The notes below the pieces were generated by a model. That model did no database searches. It was not told where the DNA came from and saw nothing but the letters and a program-made list of their open reading frames with translations. A program made the translations under genes and the position numbers. Shown here in pieces: positions 50,751 to 61,269 of a stretch of DNA of 64,000 nucleotides. Numbering within the stretch: position 1 is the stretch's first letter; every line of letters begins with the position of its first letter. Source of the DNA: a candidate division FCPU426 bacterium (lineage in GTDB: Bacteria; Oederibacteriota; Muellerivitia; Muellerivitales; Muellerivitaceae); the NCBI GenBank assembly GCA_963796105.1, contig CAWCKJ010000004.1, positions 1 to 64,000 of the forward strand, read 5' to 3'.

Positions 50751-51460
50751 GAATCCCTCAAGCAAATGGTATTAAAAACCGAGCCTTAAAAAACCGGAAA
50801 AACCATCAAGGATGGAATCAATTTTCAAACTGAGTTCAAACCCTTTCCAGGAATGTCTTCAGAAAAAATTAACCACAAAAAGCTTAGCACTGAAAAACGG
50901 GGGCATCCATTGAATGTCAGTGCTTTCCTTCAACGGACGACGCATTCTATATGCGAAAATTGAAATCCGCAATATATAGCCTTCTTACCCCCCCCCGATA
51001 ATTACGGAATTATTGGGGTTCTTTACCTCCCCCTCCCCCCCCGGGGGTACTACTATACCACCTAGAGAGGGGGGACTCCCACCCCCCCTACCCTACCCCT
51101 AACGGCATTGTTTTCCTGAAATTAAGGCCCTTATAAATCAAAAATCAAGCACCCTTATGCAACGTTTGCCATATGAATTCCAATTTCAAAAAAGATTGCC
51201 AATTCCGAATGAATACAAATTCCAACCGATCTAAAAAGTCTGGTCTGTAAGTGATACACCGCTGGTCTACTACAATGACAAAAAACAGCTGCTCGGTTCG
51301 TGTCATATTGGTGTCATACTCAACCATTGCCAGCCAACTTATCCGACGCCAACTATCACCAACCAACAAAATGAAAAAGGGCCTCTGCCTGCCGGGTTCG
51401 CTAAAACCCTTATAGACAAAGGCCCAAATTTTCTGCTGAAGACGTGAATTTTTTTTCAAA

Positions 51461-51533
51461 AACTGGGGGCAAAGTTTAAACCGTAATCATGATAATTACG
51501 AAACAGCTGCTCTACCAGCTGAGCTACCCCAGC
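51461..51533 (-). pseudogene. tRNA-Thr(CGT) with intact 5' half and degenerate 3' half
   Basis: GCTGGGGTAGCTCAGCTGGTAGAGCAGCTGT-TTCGTAA, followed by a non-pairing anticodon 3' strand and T-arm; the acceptor 3' strand CCCCAGT is still at the right distance. Confidence 0.8.
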
Positions 51534-51687
51534 CCAAAGTCTCATAATTTCTAGGGCTTGTCGAAATTACCAAGTTTTCGTAATGAACTTGGCTCCAGCT
51601 TTTCTTAATCAAACTTCTTCAAAACTTAGTGAAGTTTACCGGCTCGTATAATCACCGTCAATGCTTTCTCTATCAAAGCTTAAAATA

Positions 51688-51728
51688 AAAAAATCCCCGG
51701 ATTCAGCATTGAATCCGGGGATAAAAAA
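51688..51728 (-). terminator. Intrinsic terminator
   Basis: ATCCCCGGATTCA-loop-TGAATCCGGGGAT with A/T tails. Confidence 0.8.
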
Positions 51729-51739
51729 CAAAAATTAAA

Positions 51740-52837
51740 TTACTTGGCGGTAACGTTTAGAACGGCGAAATTGAATTTTCCAGTGGTCTTTGGCTGGATA
51801 TTAAAAGTTTTCACCTGGCTGAAATCCTTAGGAGCGCCTTTAGTGGCGTCCGGCGGGGTGTAGTACGGGTCCAGTTGGAAAGAACTCAAGGGCACGGTTA
51901 TCCGTTCCCACTTCCCTTTCCCCTGGGTCTCTGGCGTTTCCGCGACATATTGGTTCGCCGCCTTATCCTTCAAGGCCAACCCGATAACGATCGCATCCTT
52001 GCTGTAAACAATCAGCTCGATCGAGTCGTTTTTGCTCAAATCAACACCGCCCCATGTCTTATCGCCGGCCCGGCACCACATTCCGCAATATCCTCCCTGC
52101 TTCAATTCATAATTAATCACCAAACATTTACGCTTTGTTCCGGGTATATCAACTGCAGCGTCGGCGAAAGTGGAACCCTGCGAGTCATGGAAACTGTCGC
52201 TCGATTTGGTGTCCTTCATGTTGATATCAGTCCAATCCTGAATGACGACAGTAGGTCCGGTTGAAGCGGGCTTCTTGGGCTCCTCGGCTTTCGGGGCTCC
52301 TTCCCCGCTAGTTTCAACCTCCGCCACCATCATGACGCCGGTTCCAACCGCCTTGGGAGCAAAATTCATGCCCTGGGTGTTGCTTACATCCAAGGGATGT
52401 CCCATGACGGCACCGGGCGGTTGATAGGTGCTATCCTTTGAAAAAGAGGAAAAGGGCAAGGTCACTTCCGTGAAGTCGGCCGAGGGAATAGTAAAGTTGG
52501 CGACGTACTGCACACCGAACGCGTCCTTCAGCGCCATTTGGGCGCCACCCGGAAGGGTCGACTTCACCTTGAATTTCAGACCGCTCGACTTGGAAAGGTC
52601 GGCCGTGAGATTATGCCAGATGCCCACGTAACCGCCCTGCACGAGAGTATAGGAAAGGCTGGCGGTCTTGACACCAGTACTGGCATCCACCGAAAAATCA
52701 ATCTTGGAACCCATGGTATCCAGGTAAGTTCCCGTGTTCGCCGCAGTGATCGCGGACCAATTCTCGACACTCCCCGCAAAAACAGCTGAAGTTTGGATTG
52801 CCAAAGCTAATACAATAAAGGCCAATATTCTTTTCAT
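51740..52837 (-). CDS. Secreted protein with two CBM11/CIA30-like carbohydrate-binding domains
   Basis: Signal peptide; duplicated YxLxQGGYxGxW...DLSK...PxSSF..D..Y.PP domains. Confidence 0.75.
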   Translation of the reverse strand: MKRILAFIVLALAIQTSAVFAGSVENWSAITAANTGTYLDTMGSKIDFSVDASTGVKTASLSYTLVQGGYVGIWHNLTADLSKSSGLKFKVKSTLPGGAQMALKDAFGVQYVANFTIPSADFTEVTLPFSSFSKDSTYQPPGAVMGHPLDVSNTQGMNFAPKAVGTGVMMVAEVETSGEGAPKAEEPKKPASTGPTVVIQDWTDINMKDTKSSDSFHDSQGSTFADAAVDIPGTKRKCLVINYELKQGGYCGMWCRAGDKTWGGVDLSKNDSIELIVYSKDAIVIGLALKDKAANQYVAETPETQGKGKWERITVPLSSFQLDPYYTPPDATKGAPKDFSQVKTFNIQPKTTGKFNFAVLNVTAK

Positions 52838-52871
52838 CCGACGACTCCCTTCATTATCATTAATTGAAAAC

Positions 52872-53054
52872 TCACAACTTGTCTTCGATCAACCCCAAGA
52901 AAACCAATTCCAGTACGACATACACCGACGCATAAACGATATAGTCCATAATCAAATGACGTCCGTTGCCCCAGACGTAACTCACCAGGGACAGGAAAGT
53001 ATAGTTCAGGAACCACAACGACAGCACCAACCGCGGCATACTGAAATTCTTCAT
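52872..53054 (-). CDS. Small membrane protein
   Basis: GGGGAG RBS; two TMs. Confidence 0.5.
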   Translation of the reverse strand: MKNFSMPRLVLSLWFLNYTFLSLVSYVWGNGRHLIMDYIVYASVYVVLELVFLGLIEDKL

Positions 53055-53080
53055 GGCAACTCCCCCTTGGCTCCGAAAGC

Positions 53081-53689
53081 TTAAGACACGGCTATGGATT
53101 TTAAACTAGATTTCAAAATTTCTTCAACAGTTGATTTATCCCCCAAGGACTGGACCGTGTTCAAGACAGCCCGCCTGGACTCCCCCGCGGAATAACCCAA
53201 GGTCATCATGGCCTGAATGGCGTCCGAGATTCCCTTCGAATCTGCGTCAAAAGCGCTTTCCCCCAGATCAAGTCCCGCCCCGGCTAATTTTGCCACCTTT
53301 TCTTTCAGTTCGAAAACGATATGCTGCGCGGTTTTTTGCCCAATGCCGGGGATGGATTTAAGAAGGACCAGATCATTCCGCAGAATGGCCTCGAAAAAAG
53401 CCTCGGGGGCGGAGGCGGAAAGAATATTCATCGCGGCCTTGGGCCCCACCCCGGAAACCGAGAGAGCCAAGAGAAAGGCCTGTTTCTCGGCATCCCTTAA
53501 GAATCCGAACAATTGTTGTATATCCTCCCGGACAAGGTGGTAAGTTTTCAGAAGGACGGTTTTTCCCGCAGGGGGAGCCGCCTGCAGGGTCTTTTGAGAC
53601 ACGAACACCTCGTACCCGACGCCGTTGACATCGATTTCAACCCGGTCGGGATGCTTGGCCGTCAGGACTCCCTGCAAAAAAGCGATCAC
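53081..53689 (-). CDS. ruvA: Holliday junction DNA helicase subunit RuvA
   Basis: GVGYEV, VRED..LFGF, VSGVGPK, IPGIGQKTA. Confidence 0.95.
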   Translation of the reverse strand: MIAFLQGVLTAKHPDRVEIDVNGVGYEVFVSQKTLQAAPPAGKTVLLKTYHLVREDIQQLFGFLRDAEKQAFLLALSVSGVGPKAAMNILSASAPEAFFEAILRNDLVLLKSIPGIGQKTAQHIVFELKEKVAKLAGAGLDLGESAFDADSKGISDAIQAMMTLGYSAGESRRAVLNTVQSLGDKSTVEEILKSSLKSIAVS

Positions 53690-53716
53690 ATTCCCTCCAA
53701 AGCTGCAATAAAGAGG

Positions 53717-54280
53717 TTAGTCTTCCAAAAACTTCAAGTGCACCAGGATATGGAGAAGCTCCTCCACCTGTGTGAGGGCCGGAGCCTCCTTGTTCTGGGC
53801 CGCCGCGTACCAAAATGAAATGACGCTTTGGTCGAGCCAAATTCCCTTGGTCTCGAAATCCTCGTCGATCACCAGGGCCTTGTAATAATGCTCGTCCAGT
53901 TCATTATCCGAAAAGGGGCTCTTCAAGCCGGAAGCCCTCAACTTGATATGCTCCTTGGCCTGGTTGAAATATTTCTGGTCGTCCTCCGCCAGGTTCTCAT
54001 AAACCACCTGGGCGGCTTCCCGGTCGATAGACTCGAGAATTTTCCCGTCCACCCAAACTCCCATGCTGTCCTCGTCCCAAAGATAGTCATGGCCCTGGTG
54101 TTCCAGGATGGTCATGGGCTGGCCGCTATCGGGACTGAGCAACTCGGATTTTCCCTTGTTCTCGGTGGCCTTGAGGAAATCCTCGGCCGTGACGTTATAT
54201 TTCTCGTCAACCGGGTACCCGCATTCGGGGCAATACCGGGCGTTTTCGTAGATCTTGTTTCGGCAGTTTTTGCATTTCAT
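53717..54280 (-). CDS. Zinc-ribbon protein with two degenerate zf-TFIIB-like repeats
   Basis: CKNC...CPECG; repeated LxSP...GxWxD. Confidence 0.65.
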   Translation of the reverse strand: MKCKNCRNKIYENARYCPECGYPVDEKYNVTAEDFLKATENKGKSELLSPDSGQPMTILEHQGHDYLWDEDSMGVWVDGKILESIDREAAQVVYENLAEDDQKYFNQAKEHIKLRASGLKSPFSDNELDEHYYKALVIDEDFETKGIWLDQSVISFWYAAAQNKEAPALTQVEELLHILVHLKFLED

Positions 54281-54293
54281 ATCGAAAAATCTC

Positions 54294-54830
54294 CTATTCT
54301 TTTTCTTTCCGGGAAATCCCCGGGTTCTTGGAAAGTCTCTTCACTAATTCCGATAAAAGCGTTCCGGAGCACTGGGCGTGCGCCAAGGCTACCGCCAGAG
54401 CGTCCGCCGTGTCATCCGGCTGGGGGACATTGTCGAGCCCCAGCAGAAGTTTCACCATTTTCTGAATCTGCCCCTTGTCAGCCCCCCCGAAACCAGCCAC
54501 GGCCTGCTTGATCTCCATGGGCCGGTACTCGTAAACCCTCACCCCTTCCAAACCGCAGGCCGTCAAGGCGGCGCCCCTCGCCTGTCCGACCGCGATGGCG
54601 GTCTTGGTGTTGCGGGAGAAAAACAATTCCTCCATGGCCACGGCCTCAGGCCGGACTTTCCTCAAGATCTTCCGCAGTTGGCTGAAAAGTGCCGCCAGCC
54701 TTTCCTCCAGCGGATCCTTGGCCGATGTGGTCAAGGTGCCGTATTCCATCGCCTGATAGCGGTTCCCCAACCTCGTCAAGGCCCCGTATCCCATCCGTGC
54801 GAGGCCGGGGTCGATGCCCAGAATTATCAT
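54294..54830 (-). CDS. ruvC: Crossover junction endodeoxyribonuclease RuvC
   Basis: ILGIDPG, EELFF, VGQARG, DDTADALA. Confidence 0.95.
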   Translation of the reverse strand: MIILGIDPGLARMGYGALTRLGNRYQAMEYGTLTTSAKDPLEERLAALFSQLRKILRKVRPEAVAMEELFFSRNTKTAIAVGQARGAALTACGLEGVRVYEYRPMEIKQAVAGFGGADKGQIQKMVKLLLGLDNVPQPDDTADALAVALAHAQCSGTLLSELVKRLSKNPGISRKEKE

Positions 54831-54852
54831 CCCCTTCGCGGGGGAAGCCTGC

Positions 54853-55602
54853 TTATCTTCCAAGTTTTCCCATGATTTCTTCGGAGATCTCGAAATTCGC
54901 GTAAACGTTTTGGACATCCTCGTGCTCATCCAGCGCATCAAAGAGCCTCAGGAGCGATTCGGCTTTCTTCTGGTCCAGCGGAATGGTTGTATTGGGGATC
55001 ATCGTCACCTCGGCGCTCTCCATCGTGATCTTCTTGTCCTCCAGGGCTTTTTTCACTTTATCGAAAGTGTCGGGAGCCGTCACAACCTCATAGCTGTCCC
55101 CCTTGTCGCTTTTAAGGTCCTCCGCGCCGGCGTCCAGGACCAGGCCCATCAGCTCATCCTCCCCGATCGCGGACTTGGCCAAGGAAATCAAGCCCTTCTT
55201 GAGGAACATGAAGGATACGGAACCGGACTCCCCCATGTTTCCCCCGTTTTTGGAGAAAATAGAGCGCACATCCGCCGAGGTCCGGTTGCGGTTATCCGTA
55301 ACAGCCTCCACCAGGAGGGCGACACCCGCCGGACCGTAGCCTTCATATAAGACCTCTTCCAGGGCGGCGGCGGCTTCAACTCCAGTTCCCTTGTTGATGG
55401 CCCGCTTGATGGTATCGGCAGGCATGCTGGCTTCCCGGGCTTTGACCAGAATGGTCCTCAAACGAAGGTTCGTGTCGGGATCGCCGCCGTTCTTGGCGGC
55501 AAGCTGGATTTCCTTGGCGATTTTGGAAAAAACTTGCCCGCGCTTTTGGTCCAGCGCTCCCTTATACCTTTTGACTTTCGCCCATTTGCTGTGTCCGCTC
55601 AT
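54853..55602 (-). CDS. yebC: YebC/PmpR family protein
   Basis: MSGHSKW, YEGYGP, TDNRNRT, DVQNVY. Confidence 0.96.
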   Translation of the reverse strand: MSGHSKWAKVKRYKGALDQKRGQVFSKIAKEIQLAAKNGGDPDTNLRLRTILVKAREASMPADTIKRAINKGTGVEAAAALEEVLYEGYGPAGVALLVEAVTDNRNRTSADVRSIFSKNGGNMGESGSVSFMFLKKGLISLAKSAIGEDELMGLVLDAGAEDLKSDKGDSYEVVTAPDTFDKVKKALEDKKITMESAEVTMIPNTTIPLDQKKAESLLRLFDALDEHEDVQNVYANFEISEEIMGKLGR

Positions 55603-55869
55603 CTTTAAACCCCAATGATTAAAAAAATATTTTTTTCAAACCTTCAAAAACGTATTTTTTTCATCTTCCAATGAAGAACCCGCTTCAGGGTCCGTAGGAA
55701 AATATGGCTTTCCATTAAAAAAAAAGGTCTTAAAACAACAAAAGTCCGTCTTTTTGGCGGGACGACCCAAAAAAACGAACCCTAGTGATAATGAACCGGA
55801 TTATATCCATGACCCTAGTGAAAGGCTACAAAAAACACCCGATAAATTCCCCGAAAGTTATTACGGATT

Positions 55870-57630
55870 CTATGGTTTATTGAATTTTGCGGATTCCTCC
55901 CTATTTGATCCGGGTAAAGTACCAGCTAGAAGGAAAACCAAGGGCGCGTTCCAGTTGATAGCCACCTCGTTGGAAGCATAGGATTCCCTTTCATCCGTGT
56001 AACTCCGGGCGGGCGGCCCTGGCCTCATCCTTTGCAACGCCGAATCCTGGCGATATTGGTTGGGCCCGCCAGCCAGCAAGCCAGGCCAAGCTTGGGGAAT
56101 CTTAATCGCCGCGCTGGGCCTATGATGGGGGTTCCGCACCGAATGACTTCCCAAGCGCGTGACAAAGCACAAGCCGAAAGTGTTTCTCCCGAAAAGATAA
56201 TGCAGGTTTTCCAAGGCAGCCTTTTGAAAATCCGATTCCGGGGACATGGCATTGGCCATGAGTAAAAGCATTCCATAATTTCCAGCAACGGCGTTGGAAC
56301 CCCAGATGTAATTCGCGGTCGCGAGACTGTTGTGATATCCATTCGACGAGGTCCTTTGCGAAACGACCTTGGCGGCTTCCAGGGTCTGGGTTTTTATTTC
56401 ATCCAGGGCATCCGGCTGGGCGTTTTTCCTGCCGGAAAAATAATAAGTCCATAGCCCTAAATCCTCCACATGGGCCCAATCAGGGGGCCTGTTATCGGAT
56501 ACAGGGTAAAGTTTGTAATTCTTCAGAAAGAATTTGTTGTACTCCTCCTCCCCCGTGGTCCGAAAGAGCTCGGCTGATGCCCAAAGCAGTTCATCCCCGC
56601 ACTCGGTATCCCCGTAGGCCCCGGTGGAGACGCCAGGAGGATTTTGAGCGAAGAAGGAGTTCGGATGGGCGGATGCCCATTGCCAGGCTTTTGCGGACGC
56701 CCTCAGGCAGGAATCGGCGTAGGCTGGCAGGAACGGCTTGTAAACCCTCGCCGCTATGGCCATTACCGCCGAGAAATCGGCGGTAGCCGCTGTCCCTTTG
56801 TAAGGTTCTTTTCCCGTGCCGATGATAAATCTGGACCCGCTGTCTTGTTCCGGAAGGATGAACCCGCAAAAGCGGTGGTCGGTCAATTTGTGCCAAACTC
56901 CGCCGTCAGAGTCCTGCATGGCGAGCATCCAGTCCAGGTTCCACTTGATCTCGTTGATCATGTCCGGCACGCCGTTTCCAGTTTCGGGTAGGTCCAACCT
57001 GACACCCTTGACCTTATCCTGGTACCACTCATAGGCCCAAAGCAGGGTGCCTGTGGCGATTCCGGAATTGACCGCGTATTTGCCGTAATCCCCCGCGTCG
57101 TGCCAACCCTTGACGGCCTGGACCTTTCCTTTTATTCCCGAGGAAGGGTCGAATTGGGCGTCCTCCAGGTGGCAGGCCTCATGATGGCATTCCGGAAAAC
57201 GGGGCCCCATGTCCACCTTGATCCCGCAACGTTGTCCGTAATAGGCCCTCATGCATAAGTAGAAAGCGTCGGAATAAACATCGGGGGAGATTTGGAAGGG
57301 ATAACTGTCCCCCACTCCCTCCACTCTCAGGAAATAGTCGCCCTTGCCTTTCAACCTGCTGAAATCCGCGGCCCGCAAAACGTCGCCGGAGTCGGTGTCC
57401 GTGACTGGTTTACCCAAGAGGCCTTTAAAGACGACGGATTGGTCCTTGGCCCTTAGGACTTTGAAACGACCCAAAGCTTTTTCGGAAGTGATGAAAGCGA
57501 TTTTATGGCTGGAGGGCAGGTAACCCACCTGGTCGATTTTGATTTCCAGGCTGGGGTCGGCGAAAGCGCGAAGCGCCAAAAGAAACGCCGTGAGACAAAA
57601 AAACAAACTGACTTTTCTGCTCAGTTTCAA
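55870..57630 (-). CDS. Glycoside hydrolase family 9 (CelD-like) with N-terminal Ig domain
   Basis: DQVGY, GWHDAGDYGKY, PHHR, NEVAINWNA. Confidence 0.93.
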   Translation of the reverse strand: MKLSRKVSLFFCLTAFLLALRAFADPSLEIKIDQVGYLPSSHKIAFITSEKALGRFKVLRAKDQSVVFKGLLGKPVTDTDSGDVLRAADFSRLKGKGDYFLRVEGVGDSYPFQISPDVYSDAFYLCMRAYYGQRCGIKVDMGPRFPECHHEACHLEDAQFDPSSGIKGKVQAVKGWHDAGDYGKYAVNSGIATGTLLWAYEWYQDKVKGVRLDLPETGNGVPDMINEIKWNLDWMLAMQDSDGGVWHKLTDHRFCGFILPEQDSGSRFIIGTGKEPYKGTAATADFSAVMAIAARVYKPFLPAYADSCLRASAKAWQWASAHPNSFFAQNPPGVSTGAYGDTECGDELLWASAELFRTTGEEEYNKFFLKNYKLYPVSDNRPPDWAHVEDLGLWTYYFSGRKNAQPDALDEIKTQTLEAAKVVSQRTSSNGYHNSLATANYIWGSNAVAGNYGMLLLMANAMSPESDFQKAALENLHYLFGRNTFGLCFVTRLGSHSVRNPHHRPSAAIKIPQAWPGLLAGGPNQYRQDSALQRMRPGPPARSYTDERESYASNEVAINWNAPLVFLLAGTLPGSNREESAKFNKP

Positions 57631-57678
57631 TCCACCTTTGGTAAAAACTAACTTAAAAGCATTGAGAAGATAATACCC

Positions 57679-58923
57679 TCAAGACCCTTTCGCAATGATT
57701 TTCAAAAATACTTTACCTGACCGAATCAAGCCTGTTTCCCCCTGAGCGATCTGTATGGTCTCGTTGAATGACGCTATCTTTTTTTTCTCGTTTCTGGCGT
57801 CCACCCATTCCACAGCGCCCTGGTTGATCAGCCTCTTGGCGTCGCTCTTGGTTCCGGAGATCCCCACCTTCACCAGGAAATCCGCCGCCTTGTAGGTTTC
57901 GGGCTCCACCGGCACCACCGGGTAATCCACGGATTGGTCCAGGTTGTGGCGGTTCTCGAAATAGTCCCAGGCCTCCTTGGCTTTTTCACTGCCGTAAAAA
58001 CGCTCCGTGATTTCCTTGGCCAGGTCCTGCTTGGCCTTCCGGGGGTGGTATTCCCCTTGGGCCACCTTTTTCTTGCGGTCCTCCCAATCCCGGGTGTTAG
58101 AAAGAAGCTTGTAATATTTCCACATCAACTCATCCGAAACGCTCATAAGCTTGGAGAACATCTCATTCGGCGGTTCCGTCACCCCCACATAATTGCCCAG
58201 GCTTTTTGACATCTTCTTGACTCCGTCAAGCCCCTCCAGGATGGGCATGGCAAGGATCACCTCCGGCTCCTGGCCAGCCTCCACTTGCAACGCTCTGCCC
58301 ACCAGGCAGTTGAACTTCTGGTCGGTCCCGCACATTTCCACGTCCGATTTCAGCACCACTGAGTCATAGCCCTGGATGAGGGGGTAAAGAAGTTCGTGCA
58401 GGCTGACTGGTTTTTGCTCCTTCATGCGGTTGGTGAAATCATCCCGCTCCAGGATCCGGGCCACGGTGTATTGCGAGGCCAGGCGGATGATATCCTCGAA
58501 GGACATGGGCCGGCACCATTCGCTGTTTCGCCGGATCTCGATCTTGGCGGAATCGTCATCCAGAACCTTGTAAACCTGCTCCAGGTAGGTCTTGGCGTTG
58601 GAATCCACTTCCTCCCGGTTGAGGGGCTTCCGGGCGGATGATTTCCCCGTGGGGTCCCCGATCATGGCCGTGAAATCCCCGATCAAGAACTGGACCTTGT
58701 GGCCCAGATTCTGGAACTGCCGGAGCTTCTGAAGAACGACCGTGTGGCCCAGGTGAATGTCGGGGGCGGAGGGGTCCATTCCCAACTTGATCTTGAGAGG
58801 CTCGCCCTTTTGATAGGCTTTCTTGAGTTTCTCCAGAAGTTCGGCCTTGGAGATGACCTCCGCGGCTCCCTGGAGAATCTCCTCGATCTGCTGTTCAGGC
58901 GTCTTTGTAAAAGTGGTTTTCAT
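57679..58923 (-). CDS. tyrS: Tyrosine-tRNA ligase
   Basis: HLGH, QGYD, GTDQ, KMSKS; S4 domain. Confidence 0.96.
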   Translation of the reverse strand: MKTTFTKTPEQQIEEILQGAAEVISKAELLEKLKKAYQKGEPLKIKLGMDPSAPDIHLGHTVVLQKLRQFQNLGHKVQFLIGDFTAMIGDPTGKSSARKPLNREEVDSNAKTYLEQVYKVLDDDSAKIEIRRNSEWCRPMSFEDIIRLASQYTVARILERDDFTNRMKEQKPVSLHELLYPLIQGYDSVVLKSDVEMCGTDQKFNCLVGRALQVEAGQEPEVILAMPILEGLDGVKKMSKSLGNYVGVTEPPNEMFSKLMSVSDELMWKYYKLLSNTRDWEDRKKKVAQGEYHPRKAKQDLAKEITERFYGSEKAKEAWDYFENRHNLDQSVDYPVVPVEPETYKAADFLVKVGISGTKSDAKRLINQGAVEWVDARNEKKKIASFNETIQIAQGETGLIRSGKVFLKIIAKGS

Positions 58924-58999
58924 GGGGGCCCATCATAACAAAAGGCCCGGCAACGGGCTTTTGAAAAAACAAGGCTGTGGCTATAATGATGCGCCTTGG

Positions 59000-61246
59000 A
59001 TGAATAAGAAAAACAAAGGAAATCTTTTGTCCCTCGAAAAACCGAAACCCCGCAATTCCACCGGCTTGAAGGTCCTATTCGGCATCCTTTTCGCCCTCGC
59101 GGGCATCGCATTGGGAGCCCTTTACGCCCAGCTCCAGGAACTTCCCGACATCAGCAACCTAAACGACTTCAAGCCGTCCGAGGCCACCCGCATCTACGAC
59201 ATTAACGGAACCCTGGCCAGCCAGCTGGCATTCGAACAGCGCACGGTTGTGCCCCTTGAAAAGATTCCCATGAATCTTCAGAACGCCGTCATTTCCATCG
59301 AGGATGAAAGATTCTACCAGCATTGGGGCATCGACCTGATCGGCGTTATGCGGGCCTTCATTATCAACGTGACCCACGGCGGTGTCCGGGAAGGCGGAAG
59401 CACCATCACCCAGCAGTTGGCCCGCAATCTTTTCCTGACCCGCGAGCGCACCCTCACCCGGAAAATTCGGGAGGCCCTTCTCTCCGTCCAGATCGAGAAG
59501 AACTACACCAAAAAGCAGATCCTGGAAATGTACCTAAACCAAATCTTCTTCGGCGAGGGTTCCTACGGCGCTGAGACAGCATCCCGGACATACTTCGGGA
59601 AACACGTTGAGGACCTTAACCTGCCGGAGTGCGCGCTCTTGGCAGGCCTTCCCCGCGCCCCGAATACCTATGACCCCTACAAATCCCCCATCGACGCCTT
59701 GACCCGGCGAAACACCGTGCTTGGCGCCATGGCCGGCCACGGCTGTATCACTTTGCAGGAAGCCACCGAGGCCAGGAACACCCCCATCGAGCTTAAGAAA
59801 ATCGAGGCCCAAAACGCCCCCTACTTCGTTGAATATGTCCGCCAGGAGCTGGAGGCCCGCTACGGCACCAACGCCGTATATAAAGGAGGCCTCTCGGTTT
59901 ACACGACCCTTGACCTGAATATGCAGGAAGCCGCCCAAAAGGCCCTCGCTTGGGGCGTGGAGACCGCCGAGATCGTCGCGAGGAAAACAAGGCAGACTAA
60001 CATCCCAGTGGACCAGGCCATCCAGGGCGCGCTTTTGGCCATCGATCCCCATACCGGGGCCATCCGGGCCATGATCGGCGGGATGGACTACCGCAAGAGC
60101 GTTTTCAACCGGGCCATCCAGGCGCACCGCCAGCCAGGGTCCGCCTTCAAGCCCATCATTTACGCCGCGGCCATCGAGAACGGCTACACCATGGCGGATC
60201 TTTTCCTGGATTCCCCCGTGGTATTCCCCGACCCGGCCACGGGAAAACCCTGGAGGCCCGTGAACTTCTCGGAAAAATTCCGGGGCCCCACCACGCTCCA
60301 TACGGCCCTCATGTATTCCATCAACGTGGTCACCATCAAACTGTTGGATAAACTGGGAATCCAGCCCGTGGTCAGCATGGCCCGGCGCCTGGGGATCACC
60401 ACCCCCATCAAGCCCAACCTTTCCTTGGGGTTAGGCACCTCCGAGGTCACCTTGGATGAGATGGTTCAGGCCTTCTCGGTTTTCGCCAATCAGGGGGTCC
60501 GCATGGAGCCCTTCGCCATCCTGACCGTCAAGGACAGTTCCGGCAAGGTTTTGGAAAACAACACACCCTCCGGCCAGGAGGTTTTGGACCCCAAAACCGC
60601 CTACATCATGGCCAACACCATGAAAGACGTCATTGACCACGGCACGGGCCGCATCATCCGGCGCATGGGTTTCACCCTTCCCGCCGCCGGGAAAACCGGC
60701 ACCACCAACGACAACGTGGACGCCTGGTTCATCGGTTTCACCCCGGACTTGGCCTGCGGGGTCTGGCTGGGCTACGACGCGAGGGAGAGTTTGGGCAAGA
60801 AGCAGACCGGCGGGGAGGCCGCGGCTCCCATCTGGGCGGAGTTCATGAAGGCCGCCACCGCGGGAAAACTGGCCAAGGATTTCGAGCCGCCCAAGGGCTC
60901 AGCTTCGGATTTCGTGAAGAAAAAAATCTGCCTGGACTCGGGCCTTCTGGCTTCGCCCTATTGCCCGAGGACCATGGATGAGCTGTTCAAGAAGGAATCG
61001 GCCCCGACCAAGATTTGCAACCTGCATACGGGCGTCGGATCAGTGGGTTCCCCCGGCCTTGAGGACAACAGCGGGACCGAGGCCCCGGCCGCTGGGGACA
61101 TCCTGGAAATGGAAGCAAAACCCGTGTCCCAAACGGCCGTGACGGAAACAACGACTCCTGAGGAAAACACAGACGAGGAAACAACTGGGGCGGAACAAAA
61201 GAAACCGGCCAGCGATAAGGAACAATATCCCGACGAGGGGTTCTGA
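59000..61246 (+). CDS. Class A penicillin-binding protein (PBP1A family)
   Basis: EDERFYQH, GGSTITQQ, RKIRE, SAFK, SIN, KTG. Confidence 0.95.
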   Translation: MNKKNKGNLLSLEKPKPRNSTGLKVLFGILFALAGIALGALYAQLQELPDISNLNDFKPSEATRIYDINGTLASQLAFEQRTVVPLEKIPMNLQNAVISIEDERFYQHWGIDLIGVMRAFIINVTHGGVREGGSTITQQLARNLFLTRERTLTRKIREALLSVQIEKNYTKKQILEMYLNQIFFGEGSYGAETASRTYFGKHVEDLNLPECALLAGLPRAPNTYDPYKSPIDALTRRNTVLGAMAGHGCITLQEATEARNTPIELKKIEAQNAPYFVEYVRQELEARYGTNAVYKGGLSVYTTLDLNMQEAAQKALAWGVETAEIVARKTRQTNIPVDQAIQGALLAIDPHTGAIRAMIGGMDYRKSVFNRAIQAHRQPGSAFKPIIYAAAIENGYTMADLFLDSPVVFPDPATGKPWRPVNFSEKFRGPTTLHTALMYSINVVTIKLLDKLGIQPVVSMARRLGITTPIKPNLSLGLGTSEVTLDEMVQAFSVFANQGVRMEPFAILTVKDSSGKVLENNTPSGQEVLDPKTAYIMANTMKDVIDHGTGRIIRRMGFTLPAAGKTGTTNDNVDAWFIGFTPDLACGVWLGYDARESLGKKQTGGEAAAPIWAEFMKAATAGKLAKDFEPPKGSASDFVKKKICLDSGLLASPYCPRTMDELFKKESAPTKICNLHTGVGSVGSPGLEDNSGTEAPAAGDILEMEAKPVSQTAVTETTTPEENTDEETTGAEQKKPASDKEQYPDEGF

Positions 61247-61269
61247 CCCTTCTTTTATCTCAATAAAAA

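Noticed and set aside
55778..55822. ACCCTAGTGA direct repeat upstream of yebC
   Set aside because: Only two 10-bp copies; insufficient support for a function.
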